From: Dictyostelium discoideum
Lineage: Eukaryota
Assembly (NCBI GenBank): GCA_000004695.1
Contig: CM000150.2
Location: forward strand, 4,704,001-4,768,000
DNA: 64,000 nucleotides
Direction of reading: 5' to 3'
Under the pieces are notes generated by a model, which ran no database searches, was not told where the DNA came from, and saw nothing but the letters and a program-made list of their open reading frames with translations. The position numbers were made by a program, and so were the translations under genes. The stretch's first letter is position 1; the number at the start of each line of letters is the position of its first letter. Below, piece after piece: positions 21,696 through 33,655 of the stretch.

Positions 21696-22394
21696 TATTG
21701 AGCATCAATGATATTAATTAAAATTTTAAAAAAAATAATAACTTAATGAAAATAAAATATAATAAATAAAAAAAAAAACAATTAAAATTTATAATTGGTA
21801 CGACATCATTTTATTATTCCAATTTTTAAATATAATATATTATCTTTATTTCTTTAAATTTTTGTTTTTTTTTATTTTGATACTTTCTAAATTATTATTA
21901 CTTCTTAATTATTACTTTCTAAATTATCATGTTTCTTTTAACATTTTAAAACTATTTATGCCAAATCTAATAACTTCCAAAAATAAATAAAAAAAAATTA
22001 AAATTAAATCAAAGGGAAAAACACAATTAAGGAAAAAACTTTAAAAATATCTAAATATTTAAATAAATGTTAGAGTTAATAGTAAATAAATAATTATTGA
22101 AGTACAAAAATGTTTGTAAATAATTTTATATAATAAAAAAAAAAAATAAGTAAATTTGTGTCTTTTTTTTATTTAATTAATATTTTAGTTACCTTTGATG
22201 TATGACAACTTTTGAAAATGAATTATATAAACTAAATTAGTGAGAGTTTTTTTATACTATAAAAATACAACATGTTAGTAAAATTATTTTATTTTATTTA
22301 CTTTAAAAGTAAATGTGTGTCTTTTTTTTTAACTAAAAAAAAAAAAAATTATTACCTTTGATGTATAATTATTTAAACAAATTTAAGTGGATAT

Positions 22395-22425
<31 letters not shown>

Positions 22426-22482
22426 AACCAAATATTTAATTTATATTAAAATATTAAACAAATAGAAAATAAACATATAAAA

Positions 22483-22537
22483 ATGACACTTTTTAGTATT
22501 TATTTTTAATTTATATTTGTTGGTATACAATGTATTG

Positions 22538-22605
<68 letters not shown>

Positions 22606-22846
22606 AGATTCAATTTCATCAATTTCAAACTCCACTGGTATCTCTAAACATAGTTTAATTGGAAATTTTGAAAGTAATAATAGTAGAAGTGGTGGTAACA
22701 GTATTTCATGGTTAGGTGGATTTGATGGCTGTGGTGGTTGTGGTGGTTGTGGTGGTTGTGGTGGTTGTGGTTGTGGTAGTTCAAATTTAAATATTATCAA
22801 TGTTGATATTGATATTGGTCGTCGTCGTCGTCGTAGATGTTGTTAA
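22483..22846 (+). CDS. HssA/B-like (hssA/2C/7E family) protein, intact copy. The intron (22496..22607) is expanded by a T homopolymer of about 55 nt.
   Basis: Same exon 1, exon 2 and promoter as the copy at 21378. The C-terminus reads ...[39 protein letters not shown]. Confidence 0.7.
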
Positions 22847-23959
22847 TGTTATAGAACATCAATGATATTATTTAAATTTTAAATAAAATAATAACTTTTA
22901 TAACACTTAATATTTTTTTTTTTTTTTTTTTTTTTATTATTTTATATAAAATAATGGTATACGAAAGTTTAAAAAAAAAAATTATTATTTTTCTAGTTCT
23001 AAAATTTAAATGAATTCATTGCTTATTTTATATTATTTTTTTATTTTATTTTTATTTTTTAAAATATGATTTTCTTTTTATTTATGTGGTATCACACTGG
23101 CCATTTTTAAAATTATTTTTTTTTTTTCATTTTATTTCCAAATCACCACACTGGCACAACCAAAATTTTTTATTGTGGTGAAAAAAAAAATATTAAAAAA
23201 ATTAAGAAAAAAAAAAAAAATCTTTTTTATTTTTTTATTTTTTTTTTTTTTTTATTTTTTTATTTTTATTTTTTTTTCTGAAGAAATAAAGAAGAAAGAA
23301 AGAGACAGTAAAAGGTAATGACAATTCTCTTTTTTTATTATTGTTATTTATTTCAATTTTATCTTTGTTTTTAATTTTTATTCAGTTTTTTTTTTTTAAT
23401 TTTATTTTTAAATTTAATTTTTAAATTTTCATTTATTTATTTTTTTATTTATTTATTTTTTTATTTTTTTCAATTTTGGTGTGTTTGTGTTTTTTTAAAG
23501 ATATTATTTTGAAACGAAAGCAGTGATTGCACTTTTTTTTTTTTTTTTTTTTTTTTTTTCTATTTTATTTTTTAAGCCGTTGATAACTTTTTTTTTTTTT
23601 TTTCTATTTTATTTTTTATTTTATAACTTTTTTTTTTTCTTTTTAATTTTTCTAAATTTTTTTTTAATTTTTATTTTTATTATTTTTATTTTCATTATTT
23701 TTATTTTTATTATTTTTATTTTTAAAACTTGTAATAACCTCACAATAAAAAACAAAAAATATTTATTTTTATAAATTTTATTTTTGCAGCTCATAAACAG
23801 ATATTTATTGTAAAATTAGAAAAAAAAAAAAAACATCCAAATTTTAAAAAAAAAAAAAAAAAAAATTTGGTGAGAAAAAAAAAAAAAAAAACAGTTCATA
23901 CCGTTCATCTTAAGCTTATTGTAATATTAGTACTATAATAATAATAATAATATAACAAA

Positions 23960-25831
23960 ATGAATCAAGATCAAATTGAAGCTTTAGAGAAAGCAATGAA
24001 TCATTTTTGGAATTTTAATCTTTCTGGTAAATATAAAAATTTAAAATATATATATATATATATTTTTCTTAAAATTAAATCCCATACTAATAAAAGTTTT
24101 TTTTTTTTTTTTTTTTTTTTCTTTTTTTTTTTTTATACCCATATTAATTTTTTATTTTATTTTTTATTTTTTTTAATTTTTTATTTTTTTAAAATTAAAT
24201 AGAAAGTGAAAATATTTTATTGCCACATATTTCAAAATATCCATTATTTTCATTATTATATTCAGATATTGCATTTGTTAAATCAGTATTAACCGAAACC
24301 AAAGAAGATTATGCAGAAGCAAGAAATAGAATTAGTGAATGTAAAAAATTAGCAAGAGGATTACAATTATCACAAAAACCATTATATCTTCAACAAGAGA
24401 AGGATGAGAAAAAGAATGGTAATGGAGCATCGAGTGCGACAACACCAGGTGGTGCAGGATCATCAATATACACCAAAGCAGAATATTTAATTAGTAAACT
24501 TATTTATGCAGAGACTATGATTATGAAGGGTGTAATTGAATTTAAAGCACAAAATAATATTAAAGCATGCATTGCATTAAAGAATAGTTGGAAGCAGTAT
24601 TACCAAGCATTTGAGATTATAAAGGACCTCCCATCGACATTCCCAATTTACAATCATTTGGTTAGTTTAGCAAATTATGGTGTTGGTATATTCCATTTCC
24701 TCGTATCGGTCGTGCCACCACAGTACATGTGGTTGATCGAGGGTATTGGGTTCAAGGGTAATCGTATGGAGGGTTTGAAGGAGATTAAAGCATCAAGTGA
24801 TTCACCTAATGGTATTAGAACAGTTATGTCAAAGGTCGCATTGGTATTGTTGCATGTCTTCTTTTTCGAAGATTATAAACAATCTGAGCCATTGATCGAC
24901 CACTTGATTAAACAGTATCCACAAGGTGCACTCATTCATTATCTTAGTGGTGCATGTTTACGTAAGCAAGGTAAAATCAAGGAATCCACTCAAAGTTATA
25001 GTATCGCTTGTGAAACAAGTTCACAATTGAAACAATTACAATTATTCATTGAATCTGAATTGGGTTATAATGAATTCTTAAATTTAAATTGGTCATCCGC
25101 TGAAACTTATCTCGCCAAATTCCTTAGTGAAACTACAAGTTCAGGCTTTAAAGCTTTCATTGCTTATCAATTGGCACTTTGTTATGAAATGCAAGGTAAT
25201 ACAGACGCTGCCACAAATACCATGAAAATTATACCAACATTTGTAAGAAAAGGTTTCGATTTTGATGAATTCTCTGGTAGAAAATCCGCAAAATATCTCA
25301 AACAAAAATGTTATCGTGAATTTGATAAGAGTTATCTCTCTGCATCTTTATTGAATGAAGCTCATCAATTTGAAGAAAGTATTAAAGTTTTAGAAAAATC
25401 ATTAGAAAAAAGAAATGAAATGACTCATGACGATATTGCTTGTGCTGAATATCTTTTAGGTTCAAATTATCAATTATTAGGTAAAAAAGATGAAGCTAAA
25501 AAATATTATTTAGTAAGTATTAATAATATATTTAAATAATAATTATTATTTTTTCGATTAATCTAATCAATTTTTTTTTTTTTTTTTTTTTTTTCAAATT
25601 TGATCTATTTAGTCATCCTTATCACATGAAAAACAAATTACAAGCGATTATTTTATTATACCATATTGTAATGTTGGTTTAGCAGAAATTAGTTTTTCTG
25701 AAGATAAGAAATCTGATTGTAAAAATTATATTAAAAAAGCAAAAGGCTATTCTGCAAATCAATATGATTTCCCTTCTGTATTAGATTGGAGAGTTCGTAA
25801 AGTGGCCCAATTATCAAATACTGATGTTTAA
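23960..25831 (+). CDS. TTC39/IML2 (DUF3808) family tetratricopeptide-like protein (3 exons)
   Basis: Exon 1 is 23960..24026 (MNQDQIEALEKAMNHFWNFNLS). Exon 2 is 24203..25512. Exon 3 is 25613..25831. Donors are GTAAAT and GTAAGT, and the acceptors preserve the frame. The N-terminal E-AL...F-N motif followed by an AF(L/V)..V(L/M)T block resembles the TTC39 family. The assignment is from memory and not verified. Confidence 0.6.
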
Positions 25832-26344
25832 AATCAAATTCGATTTTTTTTTTTTTTTTTTATATTTATATTTAACATTAAAAAAGTAATAATAATAATA
25901 ATTAAATAAATAAATAAAAAATAAAAAAATAAAAAAAATAAAATAAATAATTTAAATAATAAGAATATTTCTTTTCTTTCTTTTTTTTTACTTACTTACC
26001 ATTGTGGAAAGAAAAAACAAAAAGAAAAATAAAAATAAAAAATAAACAAAAACAATATACTGCCTTGGAAATTAATTTCATTTTATTTTATTTTTTTTTT
26101 TATTTTTTTTTTTTCTCTTAAGGTCTTAAACTCTTGATAATCCAAAACAAAAACAAGTCGCGAATTACTTTTTCAAATAAATTGTTTAATTTTTTATTTG
26201 AAAAAATAATAGTGATAATAATAATAAAAAATAAAATAAAAAATAGATTTAAATCTTTAAAAGTAAAACAATTTGAAAAAATAATTAAACACATTGGACG
26301 ATTTTTTTTTTTTTTAGGTATTTATTTAATAACTCAATTTACAT

Positions 26345-27162
26345 TTAAGCTTTAGCGTTTAAAGCAGTTAAGATATCTGAGTCACCAGCATCGGTAATTG
26401 ACATAACAGAGACTCTGTAGTGACGACCTAAAGCAGTACCTAAGTCAACATTGTTACCTGAGTATAAATGGACGGTGGTTTTGCTTAACATAGCGTAGTA
26501 TTCGATTTCAGATCTACGGATTGATGGTAAATTGCTAGCGAGTAAAATTAATTTTGATTTACCAGCTCTTAAGGTTTTAAGGGTTGATTTGTAACCTAAT
26601 TGGGATTTACCACTCTTCATGACGAGGGCTAATTTAGAACCAATGTTTTCTTGTGATTTCTTCTACTTAATATTAATATTTAATAATATTATTATTTTTT
26701 TAATTAAAAAAAGAATTAATTAGTCAATCATTCTCCACAACTTTTAAAATTGTATATATATATATATATATTTTTTTTTTATTATTTTTTTTTATTGGGC
26801 GTGTATAAAAAAAATAAAGGTTGGAATGAGTTTTTTTAAAAATTGTAGTTGTGTGTGTGTATTTTTAATTTTTATTAAAAGAAAAGAAAATTTGAAGGAT
26901 TCATTTTTATTATTATATTTTTAAATTTAAAATTGAATAATCGAATTTTTTTTTTTTTTTTTTTTTTTTTTTCTTCTTTTTTTTTTTTTTTTTTTACAAC
27001 ACCAAACTTAAAAATTTAAATTATAACAAATTACTATACCTATGACAAATAGATTAAACCATAGTAGTGAAACAACTTTGTTTTATTTTATTTTTATTTT
27101 TTTATTTTATTTTAAGGTTTATAATTATCGCTGATACGTACGACTTTTTTAACGCTAACCAT
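26345..27162 (-). CDS. rpl30: 60S ribosomal protein L30e (2 exons; long first intron 26663..27141)
   Basis: Exon 2 (26662..26345) reads [97 protein letters not shown]. It is collinear with yeast and human RPL30. Exon 1 is inferred at 27162..27142 as ATGGTTAGCGTTAAAAAAGTC (MVSVKKV) with a GTACGT donor. It matches human MVAAKKT-KKS. Confidence 0.75.
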
Positions 27163-28217
27163 CTTTATTTAAGTGTAATCAAACTCCGGTTTATGTGATA
27201 ACAAATTACATTGAAAATAAAAAAAAAAAAAAAATTTCACTGTGTCCAGCCAACCGAACCGCACAATTTTTTTATTTTTTTTTTTATTTTTTTTTTTTAC
27301 GAGTCAAAAAAATATTCAAAATTCGGATTTATTTACATAGCTTTTTACAAAATTTTTACATTGTTTTTTTTTTTTTTTTTTTTTTGGGATAATAAAAAAA
27401 TTGAAAGCGGAAATGAAAAAAAAATAGTAAAATGAAATAAAAAAAGTGAATAGATAAAAAAAAAAGAGAGATATAATAATTTTTAGTAAATATTAAAAAT
27501 AAATTTTAAAAAGAAAAAAAAAAAAAAAAAATAGTAATAAATAAAAATAAAAGTAAAATAATAAATACAAATAGAAAGGAAAAATAAGAAAAATAATTAT
27601 TTTCACATTTACCTTATTTGTATTTATTATTTTACTTTTATTTTTATTTTTTTATTTTATTTTAATTATGATTTAAATTTACATTTAATAATTTATTGTC
27701 TTTGTTCTAACAATTTATTATTTGTAATTATTTTATTTTATTTTATTTTTATTTATAATTTTTTTTTTTATTTTTTTTTTTTTTTCCTTTGCTATATATT
27801 TCATATCCAAAAATATAATCAATATTTTGAGCAAAAAAAAAAAAAAAAATTTAATCATAATTTATCTCATCAATTAATATTATCTTTGGATATTTGCCAT
27901 TAATTTTTATGAATTTAAAAGATTTGTTTGCAACTTCTTCAAAAAAAAAAAAAAATAAAAAAAAAAATAATAATAATAAACAAATAAAATAAAAAATAAG
28001 TAACAAATAAACAATAAATAAATAATAAATAAAAAAAAAAATAAAAAAAAAATAAGTAACAAATAAATAACAAATAAATAACAAATAAATAAAAAATAAA
28101 AAATAAAAATAAAAATAATAAACAGCGAAATTAACCAATGAAATTTTTTTTTTCCTAAAAAAAAGTCAACACACATAAAATTTTTTAAAAAATAACAACT
28201 CATCTATTTTTTTGAAC

Positions 28218-28248
<31 letters not shown>

Positions 28249-28408
28249 AAAAATTTTTAACATTTTTATAAATTTGTGTGTTTAAATTTCATTTCTTTTT
28301 TTTTTTTATTTATTTATTATTTATTTATTATTTGTTTATTATTTGTTATTATTATTTATTTTATATATATAAATATATTTTTTTATTTTTATTCCTGGTA
28401 TTAATTAA

Positions 28409-28504
28409 AAATAAAATAAAATAAAATAAAATAAAATAAAATAAAATAAAATAAAATAAAATAAAATAAAATAAAATAAAATAAAATAAAATAAAATAAA
28501 ATAA
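28409..28504. repeat. (AAAAT)n pentanucleotide microsatellite, about 19 units
   Basis: Direct reading shows aaaataaaataaaat... uninterrupted, immediately upstream of the 28515 gene start. Confidence 0.9.
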
Positions 28505-28514
28505 ATAAAAAAAA

Positions 28515-29489
28515 ATGGCCAAAATTACAGAAGATAACAGAAAGCCAACAATTGAAGAATGTTCATCAGATGAAGAGACAACTAATAATAGTCATGGACA
28601 TTCTCATTCACATAATGATCATGGTCATTCCCATTCACATAATGATCATTCACACTCACATGGACCAACTCCACAACAAAAACAACAACAACAACAACAA
28701 CAACAACAAAAACAACAACAACAACAACAAAAACAACAATCACATGGACATTCACATGGAGATGGTGGATCATGCGGACATTCACACGGAAGTGATGAAC
28801 CAGAGAAACCAATTAATAAGAGTAAAACAGCAATTAAATTCTTTATATTATTTTTATTAGTACCATTATTTTTCAGTTTACCATTCATTTTGAAGAGAGC
28901 AGGTGAAATAGTGGCCAATAATAGAGTTTATTTAATTTACATTTGGGCATTATATGCAGTGGTATTGACAGCCGTTATCTATATGAAGAGACATTTACAA
29001 TCAATTAATAATTTCGTTAATCAAAATTTAATTTGGGTCATCTTTACATTGGGTATCTTTATATTCTTGGATATTCCAAAGATGATTCAACAAGTTGACC
29101 TTCGTACAGAGGTACTCTACGTTTGGTGTACAATCACTATGATTCCAAATATCATCTTCTTCTTCTTTGATGATACCGATCATAAAACCAATGAACGTTT
29201 AGAAGAAGAAAAAGAAGAAAGAAAGAAAAAGAAAGAAACTGAAAAACGTGCCCGTTTAGAAGAGAAAAAGAAAGCAAAGATCAAGGAGAAAATGAAGAAA
29301 TACTCTCCAACTCAATTACGTTTAATGAATGCTGCCGTTTATCTTGGTATCACCTTATTAGTGGTTTTATTAGGTTGGCAAACTTATCGTTGGTACTTAA
29401 AAACTCAACAAAATATCATTGATAGAAATAGACAAGCAACTCAACAATCTGATTATGTTGGTAAAAATGATTTCGATATTGAAGGTTAA
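28515..29489 (+). CDS. His-rich, Gln-rich multi-pass membrane protein (hypothetical)
   Basis: A 324-aa single exon. The N-terminus has HGHSHSHNDHGHSHSHNDHSHSHG...SHGHSHGDGGSCGHSHG metal-binding-like repeats and a poly-Q tract. Then come at least 4 hydrophobic helices and a KE-rich coiled segment. Confidence 0.6.
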   Translation: MAKITEDNRKPTIEECSSDEETTNNSHGHSHSHNDHGHSHSHNDHSHSHGPTPQQKQQQQQQQQQKQQQQQQKQQSHGHSHGDGGSCGHSHGSDEPEKPINKSKTAIKFFILFLLVPLFFSLPFILKRAGEIVANNRVYLIYIWALYAVVLTAVIYMKRHLQSINNFVNQNLIWVIFTLGIFIFLDIPKMIQQVDLRTEVLYVWCTITMIPNIIFFFFDDTDHKTNERLEEEKEERKKKKETEKRARLEEKKKAKIKEKMKKYSPTQLRLMNAAVYLGITLLVVLLGWQTYRWYLKTQQNIIDRNRQATQQSDYVGKNDFDIEG

Positions 29490-29490
29490 A

Positions 29491-29547
<57 letters not shown>

Positions 29548-29676
29548 TAAAAAAATTAAAATAATAAAAAAAGTTATATTTTTTTAAAATAGATTCTATT
29601 TTTAGATTTTTTTTTTTTTTTTGTAAAAATTTTTTTTTTTTTTTTTTTTTTAAAAATCTTATTTTATTATTAAAAA

Positions 29677-30174
29677 TTATTTTTTTATTAAGTTTCTAAC
29701 TGAAATATCATAAACAACTTCTTCAATTCTTTTTAAATCATATTTCATTGAATCATATCTATATAAAAAAAAAAAAGAGAGAGAGAAGTTAGAATATTCT
29801 AATAGATTTAAATATGGAAAATTAATATTTTAATATGATTTATATATTACCTTTTTCTAATAATATCATTTTTAAGATTTAATAATCTAAAACCAGCAAA
29901 TAAATCAGAGATAAATTTTGAAATTAATGATGGAGTTTCATAATCTTGTTTAATTACACAATTTAAGCAATATCTACTCTATAATATACAAAAAAAAAAA
30001 AAAAAAAATTAATATTTTCCATTTTTTATTTTATAATAATAATAAAAATAATTAACATACCAATTCATTTGAAAGATTACATAAAGCAATTAAATAATCT
30101 TCAAGTTCAAGTGAGAATGAACCTGGTTTATTTTCATCAACTGTATACAGGAGGAATAAATATGAATAAAATTG

Positions 30175-30207
<33 letters not shown>

Positions 30208-30627
30208 AATTTAATTAATAAAATTTAAATACAAATTATTAAATATTAATATGAATTAATAATTTTACATACGACCTAAAATAGATTGAACTTGATCAAT
30301 TTTAAGTAAAGATTTCTTTTCAACCCAATAAGAGAAAATTAAACTAAAAGAGATTTGAGTGATTGAAAATTTCCAATAATCTCTATATTTATAATAAAGT
30401 ACTGGTTTAATGAGTAATTTTAATTGATCAATTTGTGCTTTCATTGGTTGAATTTCCTCTAATAATTGTTGATAGCTCATTGTGTTATTTACTTGATGAT
30501 AGGTTTGAACCATTTGACTTAACTTTCTATCAATTGGTTCAATCTTTGTCATAATTTCTTTAATATTTTGTCTAAGTTGAAAATCTTGTTCCAATTCTTC
30601 TGTAAATGATTCAAATAAATTCTCCAT
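29677..30627 (-). CDS. tsn: Translin (4 exons)
   Basis: Exons are 30627..30273, 30141..30062, 29978..29851 and 29758..29677. Donors are GTATGT and GTAATA. The spliced product contains GSFSLELEDYLIALCNLSNELSRYCLNCVIKQDYETPSLISKFISDLFAGFRLLNLKNDIIRKRYDSMKYDLKRIEEVVYDISVRN. It is collinear with human translin (GFHLDVEDYL...GFRLLNLKNDSLRKRYDGLKYDVKKVEEVVYDLSIRG). Confidence 0.85.
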
Positions 30628-30865
30628 TTTTATATATAAATTGATTTATCTACAGATGGATAGATAAATATTTTTTTTCTTTTTTTTATTTTTGAAAATA
30701 AACAAAAACTATGAAAATGTGAAAATTTTATTTTTTTTTTTTTATTTTATTTTTTTTTTTTTTTTTTCATTTTTTTTTTATATTTTTCACTTTTTTTTTT
30801 TTTTTTTTTTTTTTTTATATACATTTTTCACTCTATTTATTTCATATCACATATAGCATCAAAAA

Positions 30866-31241
30866 ATGATGAATACATTAAGATTAAAAGTTTTGGGATG
30901 GGCTACCCTTCAACCAGTCTATGTTTTCACATTAGCAGCAGGTATACCAAGTATGTTTTTTTTTTTTTTTTTTTTTCTTCATTCCTTTTTTTTTTTTAAA
31001 AAAATATTAACCAAATTTTTTATTCGTCATTTTAGTTGCACTTTTACCATATGTAATTTTACCATTACGTGAAAAGTTTGCAAGTAGAAAACCTCAACCA
31101 GAAGCTGGTATGTCTTAAATATATATACATAGATAAAAATGATTCAAAATTTTTTTGATTATTTATTAACAAAATTCATTTTTTTTTTTTTTTTTTTTTT
31201 ATTATCTTTTAGAATTTTTATTTGATGGTAAAAAATATTAA
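30866..31241 (+). CDS. Small hydrophobic protein of about 85 aa (3 exons), hypothetical
   Basis: Exons are 30866..30950, 31036..31107 and 31213..31241. Donors are GTATGT/GTATGT and the acceptors are T-rich AG. The product is MMNTLRLKVLGWATLQPVYVFTLAAGIPIALLPYVILPLREKFASRKPQPEAGEFLFDGKKY. Confidence 0.4.
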
Positions 31242-31592
31242 ACGAAATATATTTAAATAAATAATAATATTTTTTTAAAAAATAAAAAATGAAAAACAGG
31301 AAAAAAAAATCAAAAAAAAAAAAGAAACAAAAAGGAAAAAACAGGAAAACAATAATAATAATTATAGAAAGGTTAAATTAAATTTTAAACAAAAATTGTG
31401 ATAGTAAATAAATTATATATAAAAACTTTAAATCAAATACAAAAATCAAGGAAAATCGATTTTTATTTTTTAATTTTTTATTTTTTTTTAAATTTTTTAT
31501 TTTTTAATTCCTCTCCTTTTCATTTTTTTATTTTTTTTTTTTTATTATTTTTGTTTTTTAATTTTTTTTTATTTTTAAATTTCATTACGTCA

Positions 31593-33433
31593 ATGGAAAA
31601 TACAACAGCAACAGCAACAACAACAACAACAACAACAACACCAACAACAACAACAACAACTAGCACGTCGCCAAATAATAATAATAACAATGAAATACCA
31701 ATTAATTTTAATATTGGTATAATGGGACATGTTGATAGTGGAAAAACATCATTAGCAAAAGCATTAAGTACCAACTTATCGACCGCATCACTTGATAAGA
31801 GTCCAGCAAGTCAAGAAAGAGGAATTACATTGGATTTAGGGTTTTCATCATTTCAAATTAAAAAAGATAAATTAGCTGAAAATAATAATAATAACAATGA
31901 TAATAATAATAATATTCAAATAACATTAGTAGATTGTCCAGGACATGCATCATTAATTAAAACAATTATCGGTGGATCACAAATTATTGATATGATGTTT
32001 TTAGTTATTGATATAGTTAAGGGTATACAAACACAAACTGCAGAATGTATTGTTATTGGTGAAATCACTTGTAAAAAGGGTATTATAATTTTAAATAAAA
32101 TCGATCAAATTCCTGTAGAATCTAGAAAAGAAAAGATTGAACAAGTATCTTCAAAATTAAGAAAAGCATTAGAAAAGACTTGTTTTAAAGATTCTTTAAT
32201 TATACCATTCTCTGCAACTGGTGGTAGTAGTAGTGGTGGTGGTAGTAATTCTAATAAAATTGAACCAATTGGTATTGATTTATTAACAAAAGAATTATTA
32301 AATTTTATAAATATACCAAAAAGAGAAGCAAAAGGTGATTTATTATTTGAATTTGATCATTGTTTTCAAATTAAAGGCCAAGGTACAATTTTAACTGGTA
32401 CAGTTTTAAGAGGTAGCATTGAAGTGAATCAAATCATTCAAATACCACAATTAAATATTGAAAAAAAGGTTAAATCAATGCAAATGTTTCATAAACCAAT
32501 TAAAAAGGCAATTCAGGGTGATCGTGTTGGTGTTTGTATAACTCAATTGGATTCATCACTCTTGGAGAGAGGTTTAGTTTGTTCAAATAATTCAATTCCA
32601 CTTTTATCCTCTGCTTTAATTTCAATTGAAAAAGTTAGATTCTATAAACAACAAGTTAATTCAAAACAACAATTTCACATAACGATTGGTCATTCAACCG
32701 TAATTGGTACAATTACTTTATTCTCTTCAAATATTATAGAACCTTTTAATTCAATTAAAGAATATATTTATGAAGATACTTTACATGCTACAACTATTAA
32801 TACAAGCTCAAATGACAATAATACTATTAATAGTAATAATGTTGAAAATAAAGAATCATTTTATCCTGTTGGATCACAATTTGCACTTATTAAATTTGAT
32901 CATCCAATATTATGTCCATTAAATAGTGTAGTGATCGGTTCAAAATTAGATGTAAATTTGGATAGTACCGGTTGCAGAATAGCTTTTCATGGTAATCTTT
33001 TAGAAGGTATAGATGATACCAATAAACAAAGTTTATTCTCAAAATTAAAAATATATAAAAACAAATCAAAGCAAGGTCAAGTTGAAAGGGTATGAATTAT
33101 TATTTATTTATTATATATTTATTTAACTTAATATAAAGATGAATATATTAATATAAATTTTTTTTTTTTTTTTTTTTAATCTAGATTCATAATGAAAATA
33201 CGATAATAGGTAAAAATTTATTTAAAAAAGATTCAGATATAAGTAGTTTTATTGGAATGAAAGTTTTATTTGAAACTGGTGAAATTGGTATCTTAGATTC
33301 ATCATTTGGTAAAACTGGAAAGGTAAAGATACAAATTCAAACTGGTAACACAGAGTCAATTAAATTAGGTACAATATTCACTTTAACCTTTAAAAGATTT
33401 ATGTATGATCAAAATAAAAAAAATAAACAATAA
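31593..33433 (+). CDS. selB: Selenocysteine-specific elongation factor (eEFSec/SelB) (2 exons, intron 33090..33184)
   Basis: Has GTPase G-motifs (GIMGHVDSGKTSL, DCPGHASL, LNKID). Long collinear blocks match human eEFSec (ITLDLGFSSF, VDCPGHASLIKTIIGGSQIIDMMFLVID, KVKSMQMFHKPIKKAIQGDRVGVCITQLDSSLLERGLVC, C-terminal LTFKRFMYD). The true start is the ATG at 31593. The ORF track starts earlier at an in-frame non-ATG codon. Confidence 0.9.
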
Positions 33434-33529
33434 TTATTGATTAAACAAATAAAATCTATTTTTAAAATCTATTTTTAATTTTTTTTTTTTTTTTTTTTTT
33501 AATTTTTTTTTAGTTTTTTTTATTATAAG

Positions 33530-33569
<40 letters not shown>

Positions 33570-33655
33570 TTATTATATATCACAAAAAATAATACTAATT
33601 TTCAATTAATATTATATTAAATTATTATTATTATTATTATTTACTATTAATTTTT

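Noticed and set aside
19441-22846. Tandem repeated units considered as a CRISPR-like array
   Set aside because: The units are about 0.8-1 kb gene-sized duplications with promoters and introns, in a eukaryotic genome. They are not short direct repeats with unique spacers.
23523-24202. ORFs 23523..23774 and the tail of 23960..24202, which are poly-F rich
   Set aside because: Most is T-homopolymer spacer. Only 23960..24026 is real coding (exon 1 of the TTC39-like gene). The remainder of that ORF is intron.
27195-28203. ORFs at 27195..27435 (+), 27851..28138 (-) and 27907..28203 (-)
   Set aside because: They are low-complexity F/Y/L/K-only products from (AAATAAAC)n and poly-A/T spacer.
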